Origin: an uncultured Mycoplasmatota bacterium
GTDB taxonomy: Bacteria > Bacillota_I > Bacilli_A > RF39 > UBA660
Reading direction: 5' to 3'
DNA length: 64,000 nucleotides
NCBI GenBank assembly: GCA_947056845.1
Contig: CAMSCJ010000010.1
Coordinates: 4,778-68,777, forward strand
The notes beneath the pieces were generated by a model. That model ran no database searches. It worked only from the letters and a program-made list of their open reading frames with translations, and was not told the origin of the DNA. Below, piece by piece: positions 19,427 to 29,413 of this stretch (positions are counted from its first letter, which is position 1; the number at the start of each line of letters is the position of its first letter). The translations under genes and the position numbers were made by a program.

Positions 19427-21993
19427 TAAATGAGGAAAATTTAAATAAGCTGTATAATGGGTTAATAGATGAAAAAGAATTGACTACAAAAGAATTAAAT
19501 AGTTATGGCTTTAATTCAAGGGATTTAGCTGATCTAATTAATGATGGAGTTATTGAAAGAATTAAAAGGGGCTATTACTCATTTTTATCCATAGATAATT
19601 TGTTTTATTATGGGAAACAACTTATTGCTTTAAAAGAATATGATAAAGCAACTGCGTGTTTTGAGAAATGTTATGAATTAAATCCAAATCATCTAGGTGC
19701 TTGTTTTCAATTGTTTTTAAGAGCTGTTCAATCAAGAGACTATTCAAAGGCATTTGCATATTTTGAACATTTTTATAATAGTGATAATGAATATTATAAT
19801 AATGATAGTAATTTTTATTTATATTTACTCAGTATGATAACAGAAATTCCTGAACATCATAGAGAATATGCTAAATACTTAAAATTAGATGATATTAAAA
19901 TTGATTTTAATGATAAGCGCTTTGAAGACCCATATTCCCAAAATAAAGTTAGAATATCTGCATTAAATCAAAAGTTTACCTTAGCTTATAAACAACTTAC
20001 TGAGTTAATTAAACAACATAGAAGATTTAGTGTTCAAGATATTATTGTAAGGACACTATTATCTCAGGCAATAGAAGTACAAAATGATATAAAAAAGAGT
20101 ATAATTAATTTAGTTACAGAAAAGAAATATGATGAAATAATATTTCGTTTAGAGGAAATACAAAACCAGCGTCATTTAAGTGTTGCAGATGAATGTATAT
20201 TATTTCTAGCAAGAGAAATTTCTAAATTAGAAGAAACAGGAATTATTCCAAAAAAAGAAGTGGTTTCTACACATAAATTATTTGAAGCTATTAATGGCAA
20301 GAATTTTGAACTTGCTTTATCTTTAAGTAAAGAATATATCGAAAGAAATAATATAAATCCAAGTGATAATGCCATGGTTATGTTGCTTAAAGATATAACA
20401 GAATTAATGGAAATGAAAACTAATAAATCTAATGAACAACCAGTAGCAATACCACCCACGAAGAAAGTTGAAACCGTAGCTACTAGAGAAGAAATAAATC
20501 CTGAGACAAATACTGCTTTTACGAAAAGTAATATAACTTTTGCTACGGTTATTGGTTATTTAATAAAACAAGATTTTGACAATTCATTTAGAGCATTAAG
20601 AGAATATTTGAATGATATTAATAAGAGTCAATATGAATTTTTAATTATCGATTTAATTAAAATAAGTTTAATAGAACAAGATATGGCTTTTTCAAAGCCA
20701 ATGATAGCTTTAACTTATGTAAGTAGAGAAAATCTTAATTTTGATATTTCTGAATATATTAAAAATTTTTATGAATCATTAGCACAAAATAAATTTTTAG
20801 AGGCAAGAATATATTTAGATATTATTTCAAATTCTAATAAACTAGGACAAGATTGTATTCTTACTGAGAATTTAGAGCAAGTATTAAATATTACCGAAAA
20901 AATGCTGAATTATAAAAGAAATAATGATGTTTTAGATAGAGTAGATGCCTCTATAAAAACATTAGAGCAAGAACCAATAATTCAAATACCTATTCAACAA
21001 AAAATGGTTGAAACTTCTGCACAACAGCCAATTTCGAGTACATCTATATATAGTGATGATGAAACCATTGAACTATATGAAATTATAGATTCTACTGTTT
21101 TCCCAGTTACACCAAAAAAAGCAAATTTAGAAACACCAAATAACGCTTATAATGATTCTGAATTTATCAAGGGAAAGTTAAATGAATTATATAAAAAGGG
21201 GATTATATTATTGAAACCAATGAATGATAGTAGAAGACAGAAAATACACGATATAGTAAAAGAAATTCCAGATATAGTATCATTTAGTATTGAGACTGAT
21301 GTAGGTAGGCAAATAGTTTTAAGATTTAAGCCATTTATAGATGAATATGTTGATTTATCAACCATCGCTAAGGAAGGAAATAGGGCCTATAGTGAAGGAG
21401 AATATGGTAATTGTATAGGAGCATATAGAGATATATTAAAATTTGGTACACCAAAAGCATGGGTATATGCCAAATTGGGATTAGCTTATATGAAAAAATT
21501 TAATAAAGAAACAGCAATCGATTACCTAACAGTTGCTACTGCACTTTCAAAAGAAGAACAAACTGATTTTGATTTTACTGATTTAATTGCATCTTTAAAA
21601 GGTTTAATAGATCCTGAAGATAAAAAACCAAGAGTTAGAATGACAACTAAAGATTTTGATAATGATACTGAAAAATATTATGGAATAGAAAATATGTATG
21701 AATTAGCTGAATTAATAGTTTCTGGTATTAGTATTGATGATGCATGTGTATCTTTAGGATTAAATGATGAGCAAAAAGCAATAGCAACTTTAGTTTTGGC
21801 AAGAGAAAGTTATACACAAGGAAACTATGCAATGGGTGACCAATATTTAAAAAAAGTAGAAAGAATAAAAAATAAAACTAAATTTGTAATTTCACTATCT
21901 GAGGAAATAAGAAGAAATAAAAAATTCTATAAAAACAGAGTTGATGAAAATCATAAATCGTTAGTTTTAACTTTAAATCAAAAAAATAATTAG
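19423..21993 (+). CDS. large multi-domain protein: N-terminal wHTH (AbiEi-like), TPR arrays, internal R3H-like segment
   Basis: N-terminus LNSYGFNSRDLADLINDGVIERIKRGYYSF. TPR-like repeats (YDKATACFEKCYELNPNH...). LKPMNDSRRQKIHDIVKEIPDIVSFSIETDVGRQIVLRF contains R-x3-H (codons at about 21235-21249). No P-loop seen. Confidence 0.55.
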   Translation: MINEENLNKLYNGLIDEKELTTKELNSYGFNSRDLADLINDGVIERIKRGYYSFLSIDNLFYYGKQLIALKEYDKATACFEKCYELNPNHLGACFQLFLRAVQSRDYSKAFAYFEHFYNSDNEYYNNDSNFYLYLLSMITEIPEHHREYAKYLKLDDIKIDFNDKRFEDPYSQNKVRISALNQKFTLAYKQLTELIKQHRRFSVQDIIVRTLLSQAIEVQNDIKKSIINLVTEKKYDEIIFRLEEIQNQRHLSVADECILFLAREISKLEETGIIPKKEVVSTHKLFEAINGKNFELALSLSKEYIERNNINPSDNAMVMLLKDITELMEMKTNKSNEQPVAIPPTKKVETVATREEINPETNTAFTKSNITFATVIGYLIKQDFDNSFRALREYLNDINKSQYEFLIIDLIKISLIEQDMAFSKPMIALTYVSRENLNFDISEYIKNFYESLAQNKFLEARIYLDIISNSNKLGQDCILTENLEQVLNITEKMLNYKRNNDVLDRVDASIKTLEQEPIIQIPIQQKMVETSAQQPISSTSIYSDDETIELYEIIDSTVFPVTPKKANLETPNNAYNDSEFIKGKLNELYKKGIILLKPMNDSRRQKIHDIVKEIPDIVSFSIETDVGRQIVLRFKPFIDEYVDLSTIAKEGNRAYSEGEYGNCIGAYRDILKFGTPKAWVYAKLGLAYMKKFNKETAIDYLTVATALSKEEQTDFDFTDLIASLKGLIDPEDKKPRVRMTTKDFDNDTEKYYGIENMYELAELIVSGISIDDACVSLGLNDEQKAIATLVLARESYTQGNYAMGDQYLKKVERIKNKTKFVISLSEEIRRNKKFYKNRVDENHKSLVLTLNQKNN

Positions 21994-21998
21994 AAAAG

Positions 21999-22022
21999 CA
22001 AAGATAAACTTCTTTGTTTTTT
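21999..22022 (+). terminator. terminator after the TPR operon
   Basis: caaaga-taaact-tctttg followed by a T-run. Confidence 0.5.
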
Positions 22023-22203
22023 ACTTTATTTCAAATCTTTTGTAGTTTTAGGGTATCATCGATACAAATTCAATATCTTTTTATTAAATGACTAATTGAC
22101 TTTTATGTTAATATATTGAAAAATATCCAAATATACGGTATACTCATTATAGTTTTTGAATGCCACAAATTTGGTAGATGTCGTATAGAGAGGAGATATT
22201 TGT

Positions 22204-22752
22204 ATGAAAATCTTAATTATAAATGGCTCACCTCATAGTAACGGAGACACGAACTATATATTAAAGAAAATAAAAGAAAAGTATCCAAAAGAAACTGAGT
22301 TTGAACAATTAATATTATATAAAGAAAATATAAAGCCTTGTATGGATTGTAGATACTGTTGGAAAAATCGTGGTTGTGCTATACATGATAAAATGGATAT
22401 TATTTGGAAAGATGATTATGATATTGTAATCTTGGCATCTCCCATTTATATGTTTAATGTAACACCACCAGTATTTTCATTAATTACAAGATTAAATATG
22501 CTATGGTGTAATAATTTTTTTCAAAAGAGGAACTTAAAATTAAGGGAAAAAAGAGGAATACTTGTTTTAGTTGGTGGAGGAAATGATGCACCAACTCATG
22601 CTATTGATATGGCGAAACTTACATTTAATTTTCTAAATGCAAAATTTGATTTGAAAAATGATTATATTTATTCTTTGAATACAAATGATATTGCTGCAAA
22701 AGAAGATGAAAATGTAACTAAGTTAATAAATAGAGTAATTGGTATAAATTAA
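22204..22752 (+). CDS. flavodoxin-like NAD(P)H-dependent FMN reductase / iron-sulfur flavoprotein-like
   Basis: MKILIINGSPHSNGDT FMN-binding N-terminus and a Cys cluster CMDCRYCWKNRGC. Confidence 0.65.
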   Translation: MKILIINGSPHSNGDTNYILKKIKEKYPKETEFEQLILYKENIKPCMDCRYCWKNRGCAIHDKMDIIWKDDYDIVILASPIYMFNVTPPVFSLITRLNMLWCNNFFQKRNLKLREKRGILVLVGGGNDAPTHAIDMAKLTFNFLNAKFDLKNDYIYSLNTNDIAAKEDENVTKLINRVIGIN

Positions 22753-22794
22753 AAATATTTACAATTTTAAATTTTTATTAAGTGAGGGGATAAA

Positions 22795-23406
22795 ATGACT
22801 AATAAAGGAATAAAAGATATATTAAATCAAATCAAAGAATTGTCAGGTAAGGAAAGAAGAGAGTTAACTTACGAACAGATTAAAAACATTATGGAATCAT
22901 TATCATCTGATGAAATTATTGAATTAAGTAATATTATAGGTTATCCAGTCTTTACAAGATTGTGCATGAATGAACTTAAGCATAAATTTGTTTTATTACA
23001 GGATGGGGCTTCAGCCATTATTGTTAATAATCAAAATCAAATATTGCTACAAAGTAGAGCAGATAGAGACATGTGGGGTCTTCCTGGAGGATGCCAAGAA
23101 TTAGGCGAAAGATTCGAAGATACAATAATTAGAGAAGTAAAAGAAGAAACAAATTTAGATGTTAAAGAAGAAGATTTAGAACTTATCGAAATTGTTTCTG
23201 GTGGCTCTAGGAGAAACAGTTATCCTAATGGTGATGTCGTTATAAATAATACTGTATTATATTGTATAAAGAATTATTCCGGCGTATTAAAATGGGATAA
23301 TGAATCAAAGGAGATGAAATTCTTTGATTTAGATAATTTACCAGCAAATAAAATTGATGGTGATTTAATTGATATATATTTAAAGTATAATATTAAAAAA
23401 AGATAA
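22795..23406 (+). CDS. NUDIX hydrolase
   Basis: Nudix box GLPGGCQELGERFEDTIIREVKEETNL. Confidence 0.85.
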   Translation: MTNKGIKDILNQIKELSGKERRELTYEQIKNIMESLSSDEIIELSNIIGYPVFTRLCMNELKHKFVLLQDGASAIIVNNQNQILLQSRADRDMWGLPGGCQELGERFEDTIIREVKEETNLDVKEEDLELIEIVSGGSRRNSYPNGDVVINNTVLYCIKNYSGVLKWDNESKEMKFFDLDNLPANKIDGDLIDIYLKYNIKKR

Positions 23407-23443
23407 CTTTTTATAACTATATGTGTTTGAATAAAGTGAGGAT

Positions 23444-24199
23444 ATGATACTTAATATGAATAATAATCTATTTATAAAAAAAGTAATTTTTGATAGAGAA
23501 AAAGTTGATGATTTTGACAAATACCCATTTAATATAGATATTATTAAGGGTTTTGATGAAATAGAATTTGAAAAGCCAGTTACTTTTTTAGTAGGTGAAA
23601 ATGGTGTTGGTAAGTCGACTTTTATTGAAGCACTTGCTGTATCTACCGGTTTAAACGCTGAAGGCGGTACACAAAACTTCAATTTTCATACTAAAGATAC
23701 GCATTCCATACTTTCTAAATATATTAAAGTTGCAAAATATGGGAAGCCTAAAACTAAATTTTTTTTAAGAGCCGAAAGTTTTTATAATTTTTCAACAGAG
23801 ATACAAAGATTGGTAGAGGAAGATTCCTATCATACATTATATAATGCTTATGGTGGAAATTTGCACGAATGTTCACATGGCGAATCATTTATAAAGTTAG
23901 TTCAAAATCGTTTTACAGAAAATGGACTATACATTTTAGATGAACCAGAAGCAGCATTATCCCCACAAAGACAGATGAGCTTATTATGTTTAATTGACGA
24001 TTTAGTTAAAAACGGTTCTCAATTTATTATTGCAACGCATTCACCAATTTTGATTTCTTATATTAATGGTAAAATTTTAGATTTGAATAATGATTTTAAA
24101 GAAATAAAATACGAGGAAACAGATATATATAAGATATATAAACTGTACTTAGATAATGCTTATGGCATGCAAAAAAGATTATTTAATGATGGTCTATAA
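23444..24199 (+). CDS. stand-alone ABC/SMC-like AAA ATPase
   Basis: Walker A GENGVGKST, signature-like SHGESF, Walker B YILDEPEAALSP, ATHSP. No adjacent permease. The start is ambiguous (ATG 23444 or 23456). Confidence 0.7.
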   Translation: MILNMNNNLFIKKVIFDREKVDDFDKYPFNIDIIKGFDEIEFEKPVTFLVGENGVGKSTFIEALAVSTGLNAEGGTQNFNFHTKDTHSILSKYIKVAKYGKPKTKFFLRAESFYNFSTEIQRLVEEDSYHTLYNAYGGNLHECSHGESFIKLVQNRFTENGLYILDEPEAALSPQRQMSLLCLIDDLVKNGSQFIIATHSPILISYINGKILDLNNDFKEIKYEETDIYKIYKLYLDNAYGMQKRLFNDGL

Positions 24200-24494
24200 T
24201 ATAGTAAAATTATACAAGTATTTGGAATTTATCAAATGCGGAAAGTGTAGAATTTAACTTATTAAAAATATATTGATAAAATTAAGTAAATCAGGTGTAA
24301 AAACGGTTTAATCAATATCTATTATAATTATCTATCCATTTCTTTATAAATATATTTTAGTTTTATTTTACCAAAATGTTGTAACAGATTATTTATAAAA
24401 CTTAACATCTAAAAAATAATTATTGCTTTAACAATACTGGGCATGATATAATAAATTAATCTAATTTGAGAAATGTGTGATTGTGAGGGTTTAT

Positions 24495-24938
24495 ATGAAA
24501 AATTCTGTTTATAACATGGTTAAAGCATTTAAAAATAAATACCCAATGACTATTTGTTGGCGACTAAAAGCTCATTCAAAAGTTATTGAGCGACATTTAA
24601 ATAATGATGAAGAAATAGAATATGTTTTTGCAGCCCAAAAAAATGCTAATCCCTTAGATATTATTACTACTTACATAATCGTTATAACTGATAAAAGAAT
24701 TCTATTAGGTCAAAAAAGATTATTATTTGGTTATATGTTTACTTCTATAACTCCAGATATGTTTAATGATCTAAAAGTTCAAACAGGAATTGTTTGGGGG
24801 AAAGTATTTATTGATACAGTTAAAGAGTTTATTTCTCTTTCCAATATTGATAAAAGTGCATTATCAGAAATTGAAACAAATGTAACTACCTATGTTATGA
24901 AAGAAAAGAAAAAATATGGTCTACAAAATCAAAAATAG
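24495..24938 (+). CDS. bacterial PH-domain-like protein (YokE-like), tentative
   Basis: LNNDEEIEYVFAAQKN...IIVITDKRILLG pattern. ATG 24495 follows GTGAGGG. Confidence 0.4.
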   Translation: MKNSVYNMVKAFKNKYPMTICWRLKAHSKVIERHLNNDEEIEYVFAAQKNANPLDIITTYIIVITDKRILLGQKRLLFGYMFTSITPDMFNDLKVQTGIVWGKVFIDTVKEFISLSNIDKSALSEIETNVTTYVMKEKKKYGLQNQK

Positions 24939-25068
24939 AATAATTTTAATAGAAATTTAATTTTCTATTTTTTTGTATATAATTAAAATTAATAACCAAT
25001 ATAAAATATATAATAAAATATTGAATTTTGTCGATTAATTATATATAATCAATGTAGGAGGTAATGAT

Positions 25069-26349
25069 ATGAAAAGGGTCGTTCAAATATTAATTTTACT
25101 TTTTGTATTTTATTATTTAATTCAATTAATTTTTAGTTTTTTTGATAAGGGGTATGAGATTACTTATACGAAGAATATAGACGATAAAGAAATAAATATT
25201 AAAGAAGTATATAGTGCTAATATAAAAGATGAAAGAAATAATTATTATTTTGAAATAAAAGTCGATAACAATGTTTTTTATTTAAAAACTTATGATAATT
25301 TTAAAAAAATGAAAAATATTATTAATGATATAAAATATTTTAAATCAGGCGATTATACTTGTATATTACCTATCTATAGAGGAAATAAAATATTAACAGA
25401 CATTATTTGCCAAACAGGACAATCAACGACTTATTATCATAACATTAGAGGTATAAATTCCCAACTTGATAATTTTGTCGATAATATTGAAGAGTATAAT
25501 ATAAATCAGTGGCTTGATAATGAAACCGAAACTAATAGATTGGGAAACGTGTATGTCTATAAAAATAATTTAGATAGTAACTTATACTTAGGATTAACTA
25601 ATTATAAAGGTCTATATAAAATTAATGAAAATGTTTCTAATAAAATTATTTCGATTGATGTTTTTAAAGATGACATTTATAACCCAAAGATTAATACACA
25701 GATTAGTCATTATTATTTAGTTGCCGATTATAATGAAAATTATGAATTTAATAAATTTTATTTAATTGATTTTTTAAAAAAAGAAACAGAGACGATCGAA
25801 AGCAAGCATAAAATATCTATAAATAGTTATATACAAGGCGTTGTTGGTAATAGTGTATATTTAATTGATATTGATAATAAAAAACAATATGAAATTGATA
25901 TTAAATCAAAAAAAATAATTGAGATAGGCAATAGTGATTCAAATGTCAAATTCTATAATGCTGGTGATTGGGAAGAACGAAATATGTTTGAAGTCATCAA
26001 ATCAGAAGAAAAATTTATTTACCAAAACGTGGATTTAACTAAATTCAATACTCAATATGAACGTATTGATCGAATTGGTAGTGAAAATTCTGGTTATTAT
26101 TATTTATATCAAAAAAATGAAAATGACTATAATGTGTTTAAGGCATATATTGAACAGCCTAACAAACCGATTTTTCTATTTAAAACTAGTAGTATAGAAA
26201 ATATCAAATATATTGATGACACAGTTTTATTTGTAGATAAGAATTTTGTTAAGATTTATAGTGATAATAATGGTATTAAAAATTTAATAAAATATGATGA
26301 ATTAGAATTTAATAAAAACATAGGTATCTTTGGTTATTACCAACATTAA
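25069..26349 (+). CDS. membrane-anchored hypothetical protein
   Basis: Strong RBS (AGGAGG), an N-terminal TM helix, and a 400 aa extracytoplasmic region with no motif I recognise. Confidence 0.5.
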   Translation: MKRVVQILILLFVFYYLIQLIFSFFDKGYEITYTKNIDDKEINIKEVYSANIKDERNNYYFEIKVDNNVFYLKTYDNFKKMKNIINDIKYFKSGDYTCILPIYRGNKILTDIICQTGQSTTYYHNIRGINSQLDNFVDNIEEYNINQWLDNETETNRLGNVYVYKNNLDSNLYLGLTNYKGLYKINENVSNKIISIDVFKDDIYNPKINTQISHYYLVADYNENYEFNKFYLIDFLKKETETIESKHKISINSYIQGVVGNSVYLIDIDNKKQYEIDIKSKKIIEIGNSDSNVKFYNAGDWEERNMFEVIKSEEKFIYQNVDLTKFNTQYERIDRIGSENSGYYYLYQKNENDYNVFKAYIEQPNKPIFLFKTSSIENIKYIDDTVLFVDKNFVKIYSDNNGIKNLIKYDELEFNKNIGIFGYYQH

Positions 26350-26438
26350 GATGAAATTTATAAAAAAACTTTAAAAATATTGAAAAAAAAGTTTTTTTTA
26401 GTTATAATATTTAATAGAATAAAAAGGAGGCTGATACT

Positions 26439-27230
26439 ATGGAAAAGATAGTAATTTCAAATGCTAATAATGAAAGTATGCAAGTCGATGTTGTGAGGTA
26501 TTTTAGTGAAACTAATAATAAATATTTTGTTTTTTCATTACATGAAATAGACGATCAAGGGCACATGAATATATATGTTACCAAAATAGTTGATCAGAAT
26601 GGTGTGTTAATTGGAACAAATATAATTGATGATGTAGAATGGACAAATCTAAAAACGAATTTGCAACGAATTATTAAAGAAAATAGAACAAATGGAAATG
26701 CCATTGTTAATGATTTATCATATAAGGATTTGGAAGGAATTAAAGTGGCTGACCGAAGAGCGCTAAAACTACTTGCTACATCTGTCGATATGTTAAATTT
26801 GGGTTATAATCCACAGGATAGTGGTTCCGAACAAGCTGGTGGAGAAAGTTTTGCACAGTCTAATGTTCAAAACCCTGTACCTAATGTAGATGCACAACAA
26901 ACAATTAATCCAAATAATCTTGATATCTTTGGAAATAATCCACAAAATATATCTAATAGTAATCAAAGTGTAATGCCTAATCCACAAAATATGACTAACA
27001 ATGTTCAAAACTCATCAATGGATGTTCAAAACTTTGCCAATAACAATAATACAGAATCACAACCTGTGCAAAAAAATGTTGATAACTCTATTTCTGATAA
27101 TTATAAAGATTTATACTTTCATGAAAAAGAAACTACTGCTAGATTAACCGAAGAAAATAATCGATTAATAAATGAACTAAATAATTGTAAAATGATTATA
27201 TCTGATATTAAAAATATCTTATCTAGATAA
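26439..27230 (+). CDS. hypothetical protein with Q/N-rich low-complexity centre and C-terminal coiled coil
   Basis: RBS AAGGAGG. Reiterated NPQN/VQN units. C-terminal LTEENNRLINELNNCKMIISDIKNIL. Confidence 0.5.
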   Translation: MEKIVISNANNESMQVDVVRYFSETNNKYFVFSLHEIDDQGHMNIYVTKIVDQNGVLIGTNIIDDVEWTNLKTNLQRIIKENRTNGNAIVNDLSYKDLEGIKVADRRALKLLATSVDMLNLGYNPQDSGSEQAGGESFAQSNVQNPVPNVDAQQTINPNNLDIFGNNPQNISNSNQSVMPNPQNMTNNVQNSSMDVQNFANNNNTESQPVQKNVDNSISDNYKDLYFHEKETTARLTEENNRLINELNNCKMIISDIKNILSR

Positions 27231-27279
27231 TAGATGTGATATTTTTTTTTTGCTATCATAAAATTAATTGGGTGGATAT

Positions 27280-28185
27280 ATGAAGAATGCAATAAATTAC
27301 TATTATAATTTATATCCAATTAATATTTATCAAAACGATAGATTATATAAATTTTCTATTCAAGGTGTAGAATATTATTTAGTTCCTTATAATAATGATA
27401 CAAGAAATTTAACAACTATTTATGAATTATCTAAAACACTTAAACAATATAATATATATTGCCATGAAATAGTAGAGAATAATAAAAAAGAATTGGCAAT
27501 TAATATAAATAATAAACAATATGTATTATTGAAAACTGCACAATATAATGATGAGAAGTTAAACTTTGATAATTTAATGTATTATCCATTGGTTACATCA
27601 TCACTACATCTTGAAAATATAATTCATCCAAAAAACTGGCGCAATTTATGGATGGACAAAATCGATTATTTTGAATACCAAGTATCTAATTTTAAAAAAA
27701 AATTTCCTTTAATAAGAGAAACTTCCAGCTACTATATTGGTCTAGCCGAAAATGGCATCCAAATGTTATTGGAGACACCTAATTCCCATGATTATTGTAT
27801 ATCCCACCATCGAATAAAAAATTACTATACTTTATTTGATTTATATAATCCGTTAGAATTTACTATTGATTCTAAAATAAGGGATATTACAGAGTATTGT
27901 AAGGAGGAATTTTTTTATAATACGTTATCTATAGATTCTGTTATATATTATATTGATAATAACATCTTTAATAAAGAACAGGCTATCATGTTTTTCAGTA
28001 GGCTATTATATCCATCATACTATTTTGATTTATGTGATGATATTATTTATAACAATTTACCCGAAAATATTTTATCTAATATAGTTAATAAAAATTATGA
28101 ATATGAACAATTTTTATCTATAATAATTAACTATTTAAATATTAAATTTCAAGTACCTGAAATCGAATGGCTTAAAAAAAATTAG
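27280..28185 (+). CDS. hypothetical protein (possible CotS/YutH-like spore-coat-associated fold, tentative)
   Basis: Long ORF with RBS GGGTGGA. Only weak overall resemblance; no clear kinase motifs. Confidence 0.3.
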   Translation: MKNAINYYYNLYPINIYQNDRLYKFSIQGVEYYLVPYNNDTRNLTTIYELSKTLKQYNIYCHEIVENNKKELAININNKQYVLLKTAQYNDEKLNFDNLMYYPLVTSSLHLENIIHPKNWRNLWMDKIDYFEYQVSNFKKKFPLIRETSSYYIGLAENGIQMLLETPNSHDYCISHHRIKNYYTLFDLYNPLEFTIDSKIRDITEYCKEEFFYNTLSIDSVIYYIDNNIFNKEQAIMFFSRLLYPSYYFDLCDDIIYNNLPENILSNIVNKNYEYEQFLSIIINYLNIKFQVPEIEWLKKN

Positions 28186-28188
28186 ATG

Positions 28189-28416
28189 TTATATACATCT
28201 AACCTCTTTTACCTCAGGAATTTCTTCCATGATTGTTGCTCCAATTAAATCATTAAGTGTAATATCTAACATACCACAGTTTTGACAAGCTCCTAAAATT
28301 TTAATATAAACGACATTATCCTCGTATTTAATAAATTCGACATTTCCACCATCTGCTATTAAGAATGGTCGAATCTCTTCAATTAATTCTTTAATTTTTT
28401 CTTCTTGTAAATTCAT
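28189..28416 (-). CDS. NifU-like (Nfu C-terminal domain) Fe-S cluster carrier
   Basis: IRPFLIADGGNVEFIKYEDNVVYIKILGACQNCGM with the CxxC motif typical of Nfu/YutI. Confidence 0.85.
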   Translation of the reverse strand: MNLQEEKIKELIEEIRPFLIADGGNVEFIKYEDNVVYIKILGACQNCGMLDITLNDLIGATIMEEIPEVKEVRCI

Positions 28417-28514
28417 AATTAATCACCAAATATATTATATAATAAAACAAAACTAAAGTAAACTTCTTTTAAACTTTAATAATATATGATATAATCTAAT
28501 TTAGAGGTGTTTCA

Positions 28515-28880
28515 ATGCCAAAGTATCAAAAAGGAAAAATCGTTGAGGGAATCGTGAGTGGAATTGAGTCTTATGGTATTTTTGTATCGTTTGATGAGTT
28601 TTATAGTGGATTAATACATATATCAGAAGTTTCTAGAAATTTTGTTAAAGATTTACATGATTTTGTAGAAATTGGGGAAAATATATATGTTGAAATCTTA
28701 GACATTGATGAAACCCAAAATAAGCTTAAATTGAGTATAAAGAATATTAATTATAAGAAAATAAAAAGAAAACCAAAAAGAAAAATTATTGAAACAGTAT
28801 CTGGATTTAATACATTAGCTTATAAATTGCCAACATGGATAAAAGAAAATTTAGAAAAAAATAAAAATGTTGCCAAATAA
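28515..28880 (+). CDS. S1 RNA-binding domain protein (YugI/GSP13-like)
   Basis: GKIVEGIVSGIESYGIFVSF...GLIHISEVS...GENIYVEILDID S1 fold with a basic tail. Confidence 0.85.
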   Translation: MPKYQKGKIVEGIVSGIESYGIFVSFDEFYSGLIHISEVSRNFVKDLHDFVEIGENIYVEILDIDETQNKLKLSIKNINYKKIKRKPKRKIIETVSGFNTLAYKLPTWIKENLEKNKNVAK

Positions 28881-28893
28881 TGTATAAAATATA

Positions 28894-28922
28894 TTGACAA
28901 ACTCTTTTCCAAATGGTATCAT
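28894..28922 (+). promoter_or_regulatory. sigma-A promoter of tRNA array 1
   Basis: TTGACA - 17 nt - TATCAT, 24 nt upstream of the first tRNA. Confidence 0.55.
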
Positions 28923-28945
28923 TAAAGACGTCTAGTGAGTTTATT

Positions 28946-29022
28946 GGGCGATTAGCTCAGTTGGTTAGAGCACCTGCCTTACAAGCAGGGGGTCATAGGT
29001 TCGAGTCCTATATCGCCCACCA
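28946..29022 (+). tRNA. tRNA-Val (anticodon TAC)
   Basis: Cloverleaf folded by eye: acceptor gggcgat/atcgccc, anticodon loop cttacaa, T-arm atagg-ttcgagt-cctat, encoded CCA. Confidence 0.9.
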
Positions 29023-29026
29023 TTAT

Positions 29027-29102
<76 letters not shown>

Positions 29103-29110
29103 TTTTTTAT

Positions 29111-29194
29111 GGAGGGATAGCGAAGTGGTCAAACGCGGCAGACTGTAAATCTGTTCCTTCGGGTTCGATGGTTCAAATCCATCTCCCTCCACCA
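29111..29194 (+). tRNA. tRNA-Tyr (anticodon GTA)
   Basis: Acceptor ggaggga/tccctcc, loop ctgtaaa, long variable arm, encoded CCA. Confidence 0.9.
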
Positions 29195-29208
29195 TCTGTT
29201 TGTGTTAT

Positions 29209-29284
29209 TGCCTCGTAGCCAAGCGGTAAGGCACCACACTTTGACTGTGGCATTGCGCTAGTTCGAATCTAGCCGAGGCAGCCA
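29209..29284 (+). tRNA. tRNA-Gln (anticodon TTG)
   Basis: Acceptor tgcctcg/cgaggca, anticodon stem ccaca/tgtgg with loop ctttgac, T-arm gctag-ttcgaat-ctagc, encoded CCA. Confidence 0.85.
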
Positions 29285-29295
29285 TTTATTTTTAT

Positions 29296-29371
29296 GTCCC
29301 GTTAGCTCAGCAGGTAGAGCATTTGACTTTTAATCAAAGGGTCGGCGATTCGAGTTCGCCACGGGACACCA
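29296..29371 (+). tRNA. tRNA-Lys (anticodon TTT)
   Basis: Acceptor gtcccgt/acgggac, loop cttttaa, T-arm ggcga-ttcgagt-tcgcc, encoded CCA. Confidence 0.9.
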
Positions 29372-29381
29372 TCTAGAAATT

Positions 29382-29413
29382 AAGCTTTTACAGTCGTAAA
29401 AGCTTTTCTTTTC
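29382..29413 (+). terminator. terminator of tRNA array 1
   Basis: aagctttta-cagtcg-taaaagctt (9-bp stem) followed by ttcttttc. Confidence 0.7.

Larger units (their letters stand above)
15282..21993 (+). mobile_element. putative integrated island (integrase + sigma factor + two TPR genes); boundaries not defined
   Basis: A tyrosine recombinase follows directly after the secA terminator. Four co-oriented genes end at a terminator (21999-22022). I found no convincing flanking direct repeats. Confidence 0.35.
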
